Shown here piece after piece: positions 26,405 to 39,826 of a stretch of DNA of 64,000 bases. The translations under genes and the position numbers were made by a program. Below the pieces are notes generated by a model. It was not told where the DNA came from. It saw only the letters and a program-made list of their open reading frames with translations, and searched no databases. How positions within the stretch are numbered: position 1 is the stretch's first letter; every line of letters starts with the position of its first letter. The stretch lies in the NCBI GenBank assembly GCA_043228905.1, contig JBHGNT010000001.1, positions 27,962,001 through 28,026,000 of the forward strand. The letters run 5' to 3'. Source of the DNA: Azolla caroliniana (lineage: Eukaryota > Plantae > Polypodiophyta).

Positions 26405-29349
26405 ATGATGGTGAAGCTGAGGACATATGCCACTGCCAGTGCTGTTGGGGCGGCAGCTGTGGTTTTCCATGCTTTTCAAAGTCGTCGCCAGTTTTACCCA
26501 GCTATGCTCTACCTGGCTACCTCCAAAATTAGTCTCGTTCTCCTCTCCAACATGGCCCTCGTCCTCCTCTGCTTGGTCTGGCAAGCTCTCAAACTCATCT
26601 TCCTTGGACGCCTTCGTGAGGCTGAGATTGAACGACTCAATGAACAATCATGGCGTGAGCTCATGGAAATCCTTTTCGCTATGACTATATTTAGAGAGGA
26701 GTTTAACGTGGTTTTTGTTGCTATGGTGACTCTTCTTTTGTTTATTAAGGCCTTCCATTGGCTTGCTCAGAAGAGGGTTGAGTTCATCGAAACCACTCCA
26801 TCAGCATCAAGACTCTCTCATGTTCGTATGGTCTCATTCCTTGTTTTGCTCCTTGTGCTTGACTCTATGTTCCTCTATGGTTGCATCTCCTCACTCTTGC
26901 AAACACGGCGCCCCTCAGTTGCCCTTCTCTTTGCTTTCGAGTAAGTGGGCATTTCTTGATCAGGTCTTTTGATGTTGTTCAGTGATTGATTAAGTAAACC
27001 AAATCCGTTTTCTTGATTAGAAATCAAAGTGAATTGAATTTTATTTCTGCATGAAACGAATAGAAATTTCCTTTTAGCAAAGGAAACTCCTTATCCCTGT
27101 TTTTGATGAGCGAAATATGTCTGAATGGAATCAGTCAAAATAAAGAGAAATTTGCGTTTCAGTTCTCCATCTCTAGTTTTAAGAACAATGATTTGTTATT
27201 GTTTTCTGGAACAAAATATTTGTCACATAATGCCAGAACATGAAAGAGTTTTTGCATTAAACTAATAAAAAGATCCAAATATTTCTGAACCCAAATTGGT
27301 GAGAATCAAAATATAAGAATGAAATGTTTTAGAGTACTCATGTAAAAACAATCTAACAGGGAAAAGACATCTTAAAAGAATTTCTGTATGTATCATACTT
27401 TACAGGGCTCTAAGTTGGTGGGATACATTATGCATGCATATATTCGTAAAGAATGTTTTCAGTCATCATGCACCACATATTAGAATTTTGGGAATATTGT
27501 AGAATCCACGTATCTACATTAGCATGTCAACCATCAGTAGTCACCAAAATACCCTGCATCGACTTCTGGTCATGAATAAATAAAACGTATGGATTCTACA
27601 ATAATTGTCAACTTTGGTTTTGTGTTGTCAGAAGACCAATGGAACTCGAAAGTGCATTTAGCACATTGATATAATATTTAAAGTTCTTCTGATTTAGTGG
27701 ATTTCTTTTGCAGGTATATGATTTTGGCAACTTCGACAATAGCCATATTTCTTAAATATGCATTTTATGCCTGTGATATGTTCTTTGAAGGGCAATGGGA
27801 AAACAAAGCCGTTTTCACTTTCTACTTGGAGCTTGTGCGAGATCTTCTTCACCTCTCACTTTATTTAGTCTTCTTTCTAGTGATCTTCATGTGAGTACCA
27901 CTTCTTACACTGACTTGTGTCATTCAGATTGTTTTAGATGTCTGAGCTATGAAATTAATGTGTACAGAAACTATGGTTTACCATTGCATCTTGTGCGGGA
28001 ACTTTATGAAACATTCCGTAACTTCAAATCTAGAGTTTCTGACTTCATCCGTTACCGGAAAATAACTTCAAATATGAACGAACGATTTCCTGATGCAACC
28101 CCAGAAGAACTTAGCAGGTCCATTCTTGCAACAAGCATTTGTCTTTTATTTCATGTCTTGAATTTTATCTTTGTTTTCTGAAGATTATATATGTTTAGGA
28201 GTGATGCTACATGCATAATATGCCGCGAGGAGATGGTGACAGCAAAGAAGCTGCTTTGTGGCCATCTATTTCATGTGCACTGCTTGAGATCATGGTTGGA
28301 AAGGCAACAAACATGTCCCACATGCAGGGCTCCAGTTGTTGCTCCTGAAAGTGGACAATCTGCTGTTGGTGGAGATGGAAGGGCACCAGTATTACCACGA
28401 CAACAATATCGACCACTAGAAGGTTTTCTTCTCCTTCCAGAAGCATGCACTTTGTAGAGAACTTGGCTGTGAAAAGAAGGAAAGAAAGAAAGGCTTTTAG
28501 CGCATATTGAAGGTGCAATGGTGGAATGCAGCTTAGATGTTGGGTTAATGCTAAGATGTAAAGAGTAGATTTACAGAGTTGATTTTAAGATGTTAATAAG
28601 TAGGAGTTTTTGGATTGAATTCTAAATATGCAAGCCTTAGAGAACTAAATTAAAGAATGTGAAGAACACCATTTGAAAAGTTGGTCTAAGCATGTAAGAA
28701 CCAAATTGTAGATTTTATTCTAAGCCTGTAAACTCTAAAGAACCAAGTTGTAGAGTTGATTAGAAGATGTGATGCCTTTGCAGCTAGAGATGCCACGGGT
28801 GAGAGGAATGGAATCAGTGCTCGACAACATGATCAAGCTCAAAGTCTAATGCCATCTGAGGCTACATATGTGGTGCCTGAGGTAGCTCGACTACAAGCAG
28901 CCGCAGCAGCCGCCGCTCAATACCAAAGTTCTTTTGTTTACCCTGCACTGCATGGTCGAGAATTGATCGGGTATACTATTCAAAACTATGGATTTAAGTT
29001 TCTATAAATAGCTCAAAATCCCTATCTGTTGTACTAGATGTTGAATGTTTCTTGACGATGGACTAGGATCTATGCATGTTTTTGGTAGTAGATTCTGAAC
29101 ATCTTATGATGTCACATTATGGGTTTTCTTAGGTACCCTGCGTACCTTTACTATGTTCCACAAACATATTTAGCAGCAACAGTTGGACAGACAGTCAATG
29201 AAAATGCCACTACAGGTGAGGCTCAACCAACTGAGCCTTCAGGGCATATAAATAGGGACTCTTCATCTCCCTCTAGTAGCAACAGTCGCAAAGGGCATCA
29301 TTCTAATGATCTCAAGGGAAAAGCGCCAGCTGATGATGTGTCAAGGTAA
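26405..29349 (+). CDS. HRD1: ERAD E3 ubiquitin ligase HRD1 (synoviolin-like, RING-H2); 3' end uncertain
   Basis: Exons ~26405-26940, 27714-27890, 27968-28117, 28199-28422, 28784-28970 and 29133-29345/29349. Motifs QFYPAMLYL, LREAEIERL, FHWLAQKRVE, NMNERFPDAT and RING CIICREEM..LLCGHLFHVHCLRSWLERQQTCPTCR. The last exon may stop at 29349 or splice further from AG|GTAAA at 29345. Confidence 0.92.
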
Positions 29350-31419
29350 AATGGACACAAGTTAAGTCCCTCCATCGTCTATCTCTAAGAACCATTTGTT
29401 AATACCTGAGCCTTACCTATCACAAACACTTCTGATTCTAGAGTAACATATTAGCAATGAGCCTTATTTTAAGTGCCTGCCAGTGATACACAAATTTACA
29501 ATCAAAGGCAGCTTAGGAAATAATGCCTCATTTCCAGCTCTGGTCATTTTTTTCATTTGACCTTTATGGTTTCTCCCTCCCTTCTCTCTCTCTCTCTCAA
29601 AATTTGTTCCCAGATCCATAACATGTTTCATGTTCCATCTTTTCTATCTCTCTGGCAGTTATTGTTTCATTGTAAAAAGGATGTGTAAGCTGTTTGGGTG
29701 AGTTCATGGGTTTTTTATTATTTTATTTTTATTTCAGTTCAGCTGCGATATTTAGTATTCAGAGTGAGATTAGAAATGAAAGGTTGCAGAGTCCATATGC
29801 TTGACACCACTTTCTTGTTCGGTATATGATTATTGAACACCATTTGTAAAACGGGAAAGAAGAATTTTCCATGTTTAATAATTGTGAATCTTTGACATTC
29901 TACATTTCCCACTGATTTCAACTGGTCTAGCATTGTAGAGAAGCTAGAAAGTTGCTAATAGAAAATGAGACTTTATCAGTGATGCGGATTTCAATACGAA
30001 TGTTCTTTATTACCCGAGTAAATGTCAGCTTTTATGTGCTGCCTTGGCTACAAGTTCTGAATTTTTCTGTCTCTTTCCAAATCAGCATATAAAGTCAAAA
30101 CTTATTGTTGGAGACCTCATATCATAACTTGGCCTAGTGCGCATCTTTGAATGCAGCATGTCATGTACCTTGGAGGTAAAGAAAATTATCTGTGTTAGAA
30201 TTTGACCCTTTCACTAGGAACACTTCCAAGTGTTGAGATATTGCCTGCCTATTGTGTATCGTAATTGTATTTTGAAGTTCTTTGTTTTCTTTTTGCCCCT
30301 TCTGAATTGCATATTTATCAATTGCATTGTAACACTAAGTTTGGATTATATTCCTTTTTAAAGGTTCACATCTTTACCATTGAGAAAAGGGAGCTTCAAG
30401 TTTTGCACACATGATAAGAAGAATCAATAAGAGTGAAAAGTCTGGCACGAAAATGGAGCATTTAAAAGCTTTAAGGTTGAAAGAAAGTGTAATTTGTTAT
30501 CCTTCTTTATCAAAATGATATATGGTTTATATTTGGAAGTTTCAATATAATTTCATTAGATGTTGCGTGATAAATGTTGTAAATACAAGTGGGAGCATGT
30601 GCTACTTGACCGTTAGGGAGAAATACAAAAAATGGAGATATGTTCATATGCATAAGCGAAGTGTCCTAAATATGGAGTTGGAAGTCTTTTTTCCTTTGCA
30701 ATTCCTCAAAATGCATGTAGAATGATTTGGCTTGAACTGCTTACCAGCGAGAAGGACAATGAATGATAAATCCAGTGGTGTACACGATGAAAACTAAAAA
30801 ACTTAGCATGATTGACTTGTTAACTAGCAGAAATTTTGGTTTAATGTAATTGCTATGTGATGAAGAGCTGTTTTGATGTGATTCTGAAGTATTAAACTTG
30901 ACTTTGTCATTCTATTTCTAAAGTAGGAAAAATATTCAAAGTATCATGCTATGCAGGATCAGAAAACAAAAAGATGGATCTTACAATTTATTTTAAATTG
31001 AAGTCAACAATTTAATAAAATGGTCCAATCTTTGGAAATTATTGGCAAATATTATGATCAATCTTTTATTTTCTTCCTAGAAGCTAACCTTCTATATATC
31101 CAAGTCAAGCTGACCTTTACCATATTTTGTCTTCCAAATTTATTGTGTGAATAAGTAGAATGACAGTTAGAGTGCAGACTATATATGTTCATGAAGTTGG
31201 CATGTTTATTATGTTATTATCTTGTATAATATAGAAGGCACCATCAATATGCTAATAATCATGTAATACTAGTATTTGTCATTGAAATAATGTTTTAACG
31301 TTTACATCATGTCACAACACATTAGGCTTTTTAATGAAGGTTAACATAACCATGAAAAGCAATGGTTTTGAATAATCTAATTGAGCTGATGTTTCGAGTA
31401 ATCCAATGATTGTATCAAT

Positions 31420-32050
31420 GGTTTTGAGCAATTCAGATATGGACATTTGCCTTGTAGTTCCTACTGTTGTAGAAGCACCTTTCAACTTGTAGTCTTTATT
31501 CATAGGATACACAACCAACCACATGATAGGATATCTCATCGAGTCTTTGAGGCATCTCAATCACTGTATGAGTCTGGCTATACTAGCTCATGGTATGGCA
31601 TGATGGTGAGTCTTGCAAACGGTCTACACATTAATAACCTACTCCCCCTTGGGTACAACCACGTGATTGACAATACTTTAATCTCTCATGAGGATTGTAA
31701 TAAAGTAATACACCAAGAAATATGGCAAATTTACACTTGGTATAAATGGATCACCCCACTAGAGCCACTCCCATCTAAAATGTTGTATTATAAGGAACAC
31801 TTCATGCATTTCTCTAAGTTAGGTTTTATTACATGACCAAAATATCTAGATGCATTCTTACCAAATGCACTAAGGGTTGTCATTGGACAACTTAGAATAT
31901 CATGTCACCAACTTGAGATTGAGAATGGCCGTACTAATGGAGTCCCTAGAGAGGAAAGGATATGTAGACTATGCCACATAGAGGTAGAGGACGAGTACCA
32001 CTTTTCATGCAAGTGTCCAACTTACGCCGAGATAAGGGTAAACTAAACAC
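31420..32050 (+). mobile_element. Non-LTR retrotransposon (LINE; RTE/RTEX/L2-like) 3' remnant
   Basis: Translates as ...PKYLDAFLPNALRVVIGQLRISCHQLEIENGRTNGVPREERICRLCHIEVEDEYHFSCKCPTYAEIR, a CxxC-H-C knuckle of the kind found at LINE ORF2 C-termini, with internal stops. Confidence 0.72.
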
Positions 32051-32269
32051 GTCATATCTTGAGATGCATAATACCTTTTTTTCCCCGTTAATATATCATG
32101 CTTCAACAACTATGTAAAATGTATACAATGTGAGTGATACCCCTCCACTTCATAGGCAAAAATATTCGTAGTTCCTTAAATGATCATGTGTGTGTCTAAG
32201 TTAATTTAACTTAAGAAGCTCGTGAGGCTATATGTTTGCATTGGGTGGAGAGATACGTGGTTTTATGTG

Positions 32270-32500
32270 TTATTGTGATTGTACCATTGGGAGTGACGCC
32301 CACAATCCATAGATTAGCCCATTAATACAATGTTTATCGTCCCCTAAAACAACATTATTCACAGTCGCAAGAGAATAAATGTTGGTTGGAAAAGATTGGT
32401 TGGCTAGCACATGTGCATCTAAGAAATTTGTAGCATTATAAGTATCAAATAGGAATTCACACTTACAAGAATAATCAAACAAAACAAAACACAGGCACAC
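32270..32500 (-). mobile_element. Decayed Ty3/gypsy aspartic protease fragment
   Basis: KCEFLFDTYNATNFLDAHVLANQSFPT...VVLGD resembles the retroviral-type LFDTGATxNF motif. Confidence 0.4.
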
Positions 32501-33473
32501 ATCTACTCAATCAAGAAACTTACAATGGAATTTGACTTGAGTTAACAAAAGAGTATAAATAGGGTTTACATAGGAGTTTGTGAAATCTTATAATATTCTT
32601 TTGGGTTTTAATATTACATGATTAAGACTCTTCTAATTAACATTATGATTGGGTTTATTACGACGATATGATTGTTCTTGTAAATTGTAATCAACAATTT
32701 AAACACTATTTAAGAATCAATCTTTTCTTTAATTTTCCACTTTCTCGAATCTCCTTAACGTATACATTATCTAAATCTCTGATTCCACGCTCAATTCTTA
32801 CGTCCAAGCTCATGTATTTTTGTCAAACTCTTCAATTGGCTTAACATTGGATAGCGGAGTCCTTTTCCTTGTTGCATTTTATTGAAAGAGGAACATTTAC
32901 CAAGTCGGCAATGGGTTTATTTCCCGTCGAGAGTTTCGGCGGGGCAGGTTTTGCACATTTCGGTAGTTCCTGTGGAATATGGAAGATGCAGTATGAAAGT
33001 TTTAGCTATTTATTTATTTATTTTAGTGTCGAGAAAAAAATGAAGAAGCAGCAGCCTTTTGAACAACTATTATTTGAATCCAAAAAGGAGCCATGAATGA
33101 GGTCAAGGCTTGACGGTTGGATGGGTTGTAGATCCCTTGGCCTATATTGGTCTTAGCTTGAATGTCGGGGAGAGGGGTCGGATTTGAACGGTTTAGGGTT
33201 TAGGGTTGGGGGGGGGGGGGGGGGGGTCTGGTGTGGTAAGGAGTTTGAAGGTGTTTAAAGAGGGTTTCGAGCTTGAGACCCTCGACACGAACCGCACCCA
33301 AATCATTTGCTCGTTAGGACATTCGAGAACACTAAAGAAGAAAAAGGGGGCGAGGGGCAGTTTTTGGAATTTAACAAAACCCAAGGAAATTGGGGGCATG
33401 CTCGCGAAATAAATATTTTTAATAACATGAAAAAACTGGCTCTTTGGCATGGGATTCAGCACCAGCTGCAGCT

Positions 33474-35147
33474 ATGGCCATGCCAAGCTTCTTCACTATT
33501 AGGGTTAGGGTTTGCGCTCCAACACAGAGCGTGGGGAAGCAGCAGAGCTTGCTCCCTCTTGTCCAGTGCTACTATCAGAAGTACAAGAGGAATACGCGGC
33601 GTAGTTTGATTTGTAAATCTTCCTCTTCTTCTTTCCTTTCACCCTCCTTGGAACGCAACAAATCAATTAACCCACGGTTTACTACTACCTCTGTATCCTG
33701 CACACAGAGTTCAATAAATGACCAATTGTTACGCCAACAAGGTGATGATGATGATGATTCGCTAAGTAGCCGATTTCTGAGTACCCTACATCTTATGTTC
33801 AGGTAAGAGAGAGAGAGAGTATAATTATGTTTTTAGAAAGTTGGTTCCTGAATATGCCACTCTTTTATTAAGTGTAATGTTGTAACTTGTCAAATTGTTG
33901 CACCTGTTTTCTGTTTATTTTTGTAAATTGTGTTCACCAAAATGCACGCTTTGTTTTTGTTACGGGCACCGCCATATAATATCCCGTGGTAAGTTGTACC
34001 TAAGTTGTACCGTAGTATTCTACACACAAGGAAATAGTTTTGCTGTTATTTATCCGACAACAGCAAAGAAAAAGAGGGAGATTATACATACGCTTATACA
34101 CACAAAACATGATTCCTACTTGAATGACATTTGTCTTACTTATCGGATATCATGGTAACTTGGCCAAAAACAAAAAAACAATGACATGTTACTCTGTCAT
34201 TACAGGGATCTATTCAGTGGTCTTGTTTTCTTGTGGGAACAACCCGGAGAATTGAAATACTTGGAGTTCCCTTCACTGCAAAGTGCGGTAATATGTTCAA
34301 CTCTTTTTCTGGCTCTTTTACATAAACCGTTATTGGGTTTGAAGTAATTCTGGGATTTAAGTTAAGGAACGGAAGAATTATTTGGACATTGATAGTAGCT
34401 TGGTTATAGCAAAAAAGAAAGTAATTACAGATAGTACCTGTTAATACTAAACCAGAAGGAAAAGAAGTAAATAGGAGAAGAGTCTATCTAAACTTGTACA
34501 CACTAAGGAAACAAAGTAAGCATTTCTCACTAATATCAAATGAGCATGAATGCTGAAAATATGAATCTTATTTCAGATAGATATGAATATCTTTACAATA
34601 TATCTGTAGTCATTGAAAATGATTCAAGCCACTGTAGAAACTTTGAGAAAAACAAAACCAAACTATGGAAAGAGACAAAAGCTTTTTTCTTTCTATACTT
34701 TGCGTAAGAGACCTTTGTGCAATCATCCCAACCATGTAAAAAGATGATAGATGCGTGCAAACTATTACAATCTATGGGTAAAGGAATTTAGTGAGCTTGA
34801 GGTGTTTCCTCATTCTGACTCCACTCTAGAGTGTTTGGCATCTCGCCCTTGTGAGACAATTTGACCCCCTCCATATATATATCGAAGGTCTCATAATTAT
34901 CATGAGGCTCGATACTTGTAAAAGTTACTGATCTTTGTCCTACTGGCCTTTTTTTATATGTAAACATTCCATAAGTACTTATTTCGTATTTGCATTTGTA
35001 ATACATTGTAGCTTCTTCGATTGAATGTTGCAGGGCACAATGGCTCTATTCACAGTTGGTGTGGTGATGGTGCTGATAGTGATTTTAGCATCAGTTGATT
35101 CGGGGTTGGGCTATTTTGTGGCTAGGTTATTCTCTCGGATTTCTTAA
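33474..35147 (+). CDS. SECE2: Plastid SecE-like translocon subunit (SECE2-like), 3 exons
   Basis: Exons 33474-33802, 34206-34287 and 35034-35147. A Ser-rich transit peptide is followed by GLVFLWEQPGELKYLEFPSLQSA and a C-terminal TM segment ALFTVGVVMVLIVILASVDSGLGYFV, which is the SecE signature arrangement. Confidence 0.75.
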
Positions 35148-37058
35148 ATAACCAATTTCAGAATCTAACAAATACTCTCCTTAATTTGTGTTATGAGATG
35201 GGTGTAGCGTAATGTAATGGATGTTTTCATTCTCAATTTTTGCTCATATATATATTGCATTTGTGAGCATGGTGAAAATGAGTGAGTTCTTTGCAAGCTT
35301 AAGGCAATTTTATGAAGAGAAGGCTCTTCATCTGTGTAAATTGTGTTTCCACAAGAATATATTTTCTTAATATTGAGGTTTCAAATATTATTTTGTTTAA
35401 TAAGGGTCAATGAAGTCTTCAAGTACCATCCTTAACAATAATAGTTAGGTGCATAATACATATAACAACATATTTACTGCCCCACATGCAGTAGTAGTAA
35501 GAAGCAGTGTACGTACTGCTACTTAATGAAGACCTAAAATAACCTGTACTCATAAATATCATGTGTAGAGTCAAAGGAGTGTCTGCATTTCCGTGCTTGT
35601 GTTTGAAACAGTATTTACTTATTGCCAAGTATGTGTATTGGTATGCCCATAGTTCGGAGTAATTTATCATTAATCTGCAACACGATGACTACAATGATCA
35701 TCCAACACCAACACTGTAAAAAAATATAAACCCATTGTCTTCCCACAAATGTTGGTATTGATCTCTCTGATGGGAAAATGGTTAAAACTTTTTGCATAGA
35801 GAACTATGACCTTCTATAACCAATCACCAAAATGGAAATATTGCACATTGTTCCATTGACATGCTCTTGGATATGGCACATCCCCCACGTTGCCAGGAAT
35901 AGAACCATCTGTGAAACTATCAAGTGTGAGTCTGGTTTGTTCATCAGGTTTTATGCAATATTGACAGCTTTTTCAATGCAAACTGTTACAAATATCAACA
36001 ATAATTTCCTCCATGCCTTGTATCTAATATGATCGTGCAACACCTTCAACAAGATGTGAAAAAGGGTAATATCATATATTCTTGATTAGGAATGCATTTA
36101 ATTTTTGATCCAAGTGAAATGGAAAATGTGTCATCATCACAATAGCCCAAATTGGCTTTAATTGTGTGCAATTTATCCAACACCCCCATGACATTAAGTG
36201 TGGGCGTGCATACATGAATTTAATTAGAAAGGAGCTCACGATAGAGATGCATGAATAACCTGTCATGTTCTTGATAGACCCATAATCACGGGGGCAGGGT
36301 GCACAAGTTCAAATTCAATCAAGTAACAAGGACAACAAAGTCTAGACAATAACAGGCTGATTATACTTGGACAAATTTGCCAACGCCAACAGATCCATAT
36401 TTAAGGATACCAAAATATCACCAGAGAACTTCATGGCTCAGTTTATAATGGATCATCAAGGCTCCAAATATCTATATGAACCAAATGATACACGATTGCC
36501 AGCACCAATAGATAAATAGTTTTAGTGATCAAAATTACCAGTCAACTTCATGCCCAAGTTTATACTGATCAAATTTATGTTTAATTGTATAATAAATGTT
36601 AAGAACTACAAGGATCTAGGACGACAAGCTGATTATATATAGATACAAATTTGCTAACTCCACCTCAAATGAAGATTCCCAAGAAAGCACTGTATATCAT
36701 GTTTGATTGTACATCATGGTAAATCATGGATGCAGAAAGAATCAAGAGCTGATAATTTGAATAGAAAAATGAAGAAATCTTGCCATCAAGAAATGTTTTC
36801 TTCCTTTGTCAAATATATTATTCATGAGGTCTACATAACTTTGCAGTTGTCCATGATTTATCCTGTCATATACCTCCATGCAATCTAGCAGAAATCAAGG
36901 CCAGGTTCTTCGTGCCTTGAATACTAGACACAAACAGGGAAAATCTGTAACTCAAAATCTCGTCAGTGTTTCCGAACTGCATCTCTTGTCATTAGGTATA
37001 TTGAATTCCGAACTGCATCCATGATAGTCTTAGTCCAAACTATCATGCTGTACCACAA

Positions 37059-39783
37059 TTAGTTGAAATAGAAACTCAACACAAATTTTGATGGATTAAA
37101 CCCTGCTAGGACAGCTGCAAAGAAGAAAGTCATTCTCAATCACTTGGGAATTCTTGCAAACTGAACTTTCAGAAAAGATAAACCTTCAGAAAATATAAAC
37201 CAAGGTTCTCATGCATGCATGAAAATTTGCACACTTTGGTTGGGCATATTTAGTTACATAACAATTACACAACTTGAGTTATAATAGTATAACCAACTTT
37301 TGAAATGGTATGAGATTACACTTACAAAAGGGAAAGATAATCATGATTATCAATATGGGAAATAGAAGGATAGTTGTCTTGTCCAAAAACGGAAGAACTG
37401 AACAGCACATGAAAATTTCTTAATTAGCATGTTCTCTGACACATGCACATACACAAGATCCAAAATCTGCTTACCATTGTAACCAAGAAAGTTGAGGTAA
37501 TGGTAGTAGGAGAGAGACAGCAAGAAGAATGCATTTGAAAATATAACTGGGAGAATGCCTTGGCCAATTAAAAGCGGTGACAAAAAATAATGTAAAACTG
37601 CATAACAATTTCAGTCATCAGCAAGATTCAGCACAAATAATTCAGTTTAAGTATATTCTCATCTTTTTTTATATACAAACTTGGAGATGAATTGTATTTT
37701 TACCATAAAGGGAGATAAAGAGAGGAAAATAAGCATTGCAATGCACATCAAAAGCGTACAGCCTGTTCAACGCACAGACAATTCAGGGAGTGAGATCATA
37801 AGGGAAAAACACATAGATACACAACATACCTAAGCACAGCATTAAAAATACTAACTATTCTAGATGCTTCTAAGAAAGTGGCTAGGCAACCCTTGGGTGG
37901 ACCAACCATACTACACAGTCATTTCACTATCAACATCTTTGAGCTCAAAATTCAGGAGATGTGCAAAGCAAGCCACACTCACGCCCCTTGACAGAAGCTC
38001 TATCCACACTGGCCATGAGCAAGTAAGATGGCCCAAGAGTGATGAAGTTGCCCATTTTAGAAGGCATTTCCAATGCAAAAACATGAGGGTATTAGACTTA
38101 TCACTTTGCATTATTGATCCAGCACAATCTCCTTCAATACTATTCATCACATTGTGCTTTTCTCGTCGTACATTAGTCAATTTAACTTTCCCATACCACT
38201 TGATTCGCACTTGAGGAACATAAAGTGACGGCCAGGCATCATTGATAACTCATGCAAATATCAACTTTCTCCTTGTGCTTTTTGTGAATACTCATCATAG
38301 AACACAATCTAAGTTACACATCATGTTGATTATCCATAGTTGCCTTTGTGACATTTGATCCCTGAACCTTGATTCCCAAAATTATTTACAATATAGAAAT
38401 CACATGATATATTATGCACATATCACCTTTCTCCTTGTGCTCTTCGTGAATACTTATCGTAGAACTTCATCTAAGGTCCACATCATAATGATTATTCATA
38501 TTTCTCTATATTCCAGGGTTTGGACTCATGGTTAGTTGGATCTGGCTGACAGTCGGAAGTTTTCCCAGTGCATGCAGCCAAATGTTCATGCTTGTTTGAA
38601 CTGTACAAACTTCTCCGCTTTATGATGTGATCAAAAGGATTACTTTATGCTGTCACTGACAATGGCCTCCTCCAGGATTACTTACTATCACAAAAGGATG
38701 GTAGTGCAGGTTGTTGAGTACGTGCATCCCATAGGCCTAACAGCAAACGCGTGGAGAACATTGTTGGCCTGTCGGACAAGGTGTGAAAAGAGGCAGGGAG
38801 CAGCAAGCACAAATAGCCAAATAAAGGGAGCCGAGTAGTTAATAAGGAATGATTGTAACGCGCCATGCTTCCCAGAAATAGGAAGCATGGACGCCTATAT
38901 AAATACCGAGTGATCAGAAAGGGAAGGGAATAAAAAAATATTATTTTAGGCAAGAAGTGTACAGAGAGGGAGAGTGAGTGCTTTACTGGCAGTCGATCAG
39001 TACTTGTATCTGTGTGTATTCATAATCGATTATTTTTCTTCTGGGGTAATCCTGTGTGTCTAACATGTGATCTAAGTATATTGTCTGTGTGTAATCGCGA
39101 GCTTGTAATTGTAGCTGATTCGACAGGATATCTGTTACTGCGTTCCCTAAGAAGCTCTAAGGGTTATCTGCATCCCCGAGTGTCGTGCGGATCAGACGAG
39201 TTCAGGGATCCATCAAGAGAGTTATTTAGGAATCCCTTGGGGCAGAGTTACCTCCCCTAATTCCCGGAACTGACTAAGTGTACAGCCGACGGGATGACCT
39301 GAAGTCCCTTCCTACCACAATTTCCTTGATCCAGTTACCCAGAAGTAGTAACCGAGAGTGTGTTCCTCCAGAGAGGGGAGGTAACGAACATTCATACCCT
39401 TTCTTACACTCCCAAATTCCCAAGGCTGCTTGCACTCTATACAGATTCAATGTCAGCTTAGGACCCATTTGTTTGTATAAAATCATCACTGTAGGAAAGA
39501 GAATGTTTAGAATGATCATAGAAGAAAGGTAATGCAAGTGTTATGTTTATGAGGGAGATTAGATTGTAATTAGAGGCATTATGTAGTATACAATTAGTAA
39601 GCATTGTATTGCTTGTAATCAAAAGACTCTTCTGGCAAATAAAAAAATGAGAATTGGTGCTTTGGCATATGAGATCTCTTATGTGAGAGAGTGTTCATGG
39701 AGGCCTAATGCTAGAGAACTCTACTGTGTCCATATTAGTACCAGAAATAAAAGAAAGAAAGGCGAGTGTGTGTGTGTGTGTGC

Positions 39784-39826
<43 letters not shown>

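Noticed and set aside
29650-31010. Additional HRD1 3' exons
   Set aside because: Several candidate AG acceptors exist but none gives recognisable conserved sequence
35450-36300. Possible Copia integrase remnant (VARNRTICETIK..)
   Set aside because: Only a weak resemblance to the ERxNRT motif; too decayed to support a call
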